NCBI RefSeq assembly: GCF_001194135.2
Contig: NC_068986.1
Coordinates: forward strand, 81,910,916-81,962,802
Source: Octopus bimaculoides
Lineage: Eukaryota
Direction: 5' to 3'
DNA: 51,887 bases
Made by a program: the position numbers and the translations under genes. Under the pieces are notes generated by a model. It was not told the origin of the DNA and searched no databases. It saw only the letters and a list, made by a program, of their open reading frames with translations. Shown here one piece after another: positions 49,861 to 51,887 of the stretch (its first letter is position 1; every line of letters begins with the position of its first letter).

Positions 49861-51129
49861 ACACAGTAGTATTAGTAGTAGTAGTAGTAGTACCTGCACA
49901 TTTCACCCTGATCACCAGACATCCATGACCATCCCTGTTATTATCTAGACAGCCCACCACCCACCACAATCACCGTCACCATTATCACAAATAGTAGCCC
50001 CGTCATCACATCACTAGCAATACCAGCACTGCCGCTGCCGCCACCACCACCACCACCACCACCACTACCACCACCACCACAACCACCACCACTACTACTA
50101 CTACTACTACAACCATGACCACCAATACAATNNNNNNNNNNNNNNNNNNNNNNNNNNNNNNNNNNNNNNNNNNNNNNNNNNNNNNNNNNNNNNNNNNNNN
50201 NNNNNNNNNNNNNNNNNNNNNNNNNNNNNNNNNNNNNNNNNNNNNNNNNNNNNNNNNNNNNNNNNNNNNNNNNNNNNNNNNNNNNNNNNNNNNNNNNNNN
50301 NNNNNNNNNNNNNNNNNNNNNNNNNNNNNNNNNNNNNNNNNNNNNNNNNNNNNNNNNNNNNNNNNNNNNNNNNNNNNNNNNNNNNNNNNNNNNNNNNNNN
50401 NNNNNNNNNNNNNNNNNNNNNNNNNNNNNNNNNNNNNNNNNNNNNNNNNNNNNNNNNNNNNNNNNNNNNNNNNNNNNNNNNNNNNNNNNNNNNNNNNNNN
50501 NNNNNNNNNNNNNNNNNNNNNNNNNNNNNNNNNNNNNNNNNNNNNNNNNNNNNNNNNNNNNNNNNNNNNNNNNNNNNNNNNNNNNNNNNNNNNNNNNNNN
50601 NNNNNNNNNNNNNNNNNNNNNNNNNNNNNNNNNNNNNNNNNNNNNNNNNNNNNNNNNNNNNNNNNNNNNNNNNNNNNNNNNNNNNNNNNNNNNNNNNNNN
50701 NNNNNNNNNNNNNNNNNNNNNNNNNNNNNNNNNNNNNNNNNNNNNNNNNNNNNNNNNNNNNNNNNNNNNNNNNNNNNNNNNNNNNNNNNNNNNNNNNNNN
50801 NNNNNNNNNNNNNNNNNNNNNNNNNNNNNNNNNNNNNNNNNNNNNNNNNNNNNNNNNNNNNNNNNNNNNNNNNNNNNNNNNNNNNNNNNNNNNNNNNNNN
50901 NNNNNNNNNNNNNNNNNNNNNNNNNNNNNNNNNNNNNNNNNNNNNNNNNNNNNNNNNNNNNNNNNNNNNNNNNNNNNNNNNNNNNNNNNNNNNNNNNNNN
51001 NNNNNNNNNNNNNNNNNNNNNNNNNNNNNNNNNNNNNNNNNNNNNNNNNNNNNNNNNNNNNNNNNNNNNNNNNNNNNNNNNNNNNNNNNNNNNNNNNNNN
51101 NNNNNNNNNNNNNNNNNNNNNNNNNNNNN

Positions 51130-51163
<34 letters not shown>

Positions 51164-51562
51164 GAAAGGCATAAATAATGGGCTTTATTCTGAAGATAAT
51201 AGTATTTCTTAAGGTCGCTCAGTTTTTTCAATTGTTCAGTCGAACGATTGAGTAAAAGGAACTATGCACCTATAATGCATTTCAGAATAAGTTGTGAGTA
51301 TACAAGGTACAAATAAATATGTAAACCCAATTATATACTGTAAACACTTAGCATATTAACTGGAGAATACAACCATGGGTTTACAAAGTCGGCTGGTGAT
51401 GGACTTCAACTTCGGATTTTGCCTTAGGATTACCTGGAGTTCTATATCAACATGAAGACTTTTTGTTTGTTTGGCGTATCTGTACTAACAAAGGGATTAA
51501 GAAGTATTTTGCCTAGATTGATAATGCCTTATTAATAACTCACTCTCTTTCTCTCTTTCTCT

Positions 51563-51624
<62 letters not shown>

Positions 51625-51641
51625 GTCTATCTATCTATCTG

Positions 51642-51688
<47 letters not shown>

Positions 51689-51690
51689 CT
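51563..51690. repeat. (TATC)n microsatellite
   Basis: Read directly from the sequence. Confidence 0.95.
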
Positions 51691-51887
51691 TCTCATGGAC
51701 GTGCTGTCACATCGGCTGTGAAGGTAAACGTTTATTTGACCATTTACTGTCCACATTTTGTTGGAATTTTTAAATAATTTTGTTGCGAAGCACCTAGGCT
51801 TCATTTGTGTGTATTTTCAAGGGCAGGAATTGACCCCCAGGGGCAGTTTCGGCCCTAGCAAAATACAAAAATTTCCTTCTTGACATT

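Noticed and set aside
10561-51231. Long ORFs containing X runs or poly-M/I/S/N/H/CV/YI tracts
   Set aside because: Artefacts of N-gaps and microsatellites.

Overview
AT-rich, repeat-dense eukaryotic genomic DNA with ten N-gaps, most abutting microsatellites. The repeat families look like those I associate with octopus (coleoid cephalopod) assemblies; this is pattern recognition, not a verified assignment. No intact protein-coding gene, rRNA, bona fide tRNA or CRISPR array is visible, and nearly all ORFs in the track are microsatellite or gap artefacts. Contents: about 19 copies of one tRNA-derived SINE family (SINE-A), two other SINE families, and relics of Penelope-like, HERO-like, R4/Dong-like and Chapaev3-like elements. 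There is also a hAT MITE, a Helentron-type non-autonomous end, two degenerate hammerhead-ribozyme motifs, two long inverted repeats and a few weak exon candidates. The most interesting region is 1099-5358 on the minus strand: a head-to-tail array of diverged retroelement-like units (A, internally deleted B, C, plus a 5' stub D). A and C encode only a Tx1/L1-like ORF1-type protein (SYAA motif, RRM-like region, one CCHC knuckle, and an unrecognised conserved C-terminal domain), with no ORF2/RT. Each unit starts at a conserved 9-mer. A and C carry a 3'-UTR hairpin with compensatory stem changes, and A, B and C end in a poly(A)-signal tail that is homologous to the 3' tail of the youngest SINE subfamily in the window. 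This points to a long-lived 'half-LINE' lineage that stacks on its own 5' end and shares a trans-acting RT with the SINE.
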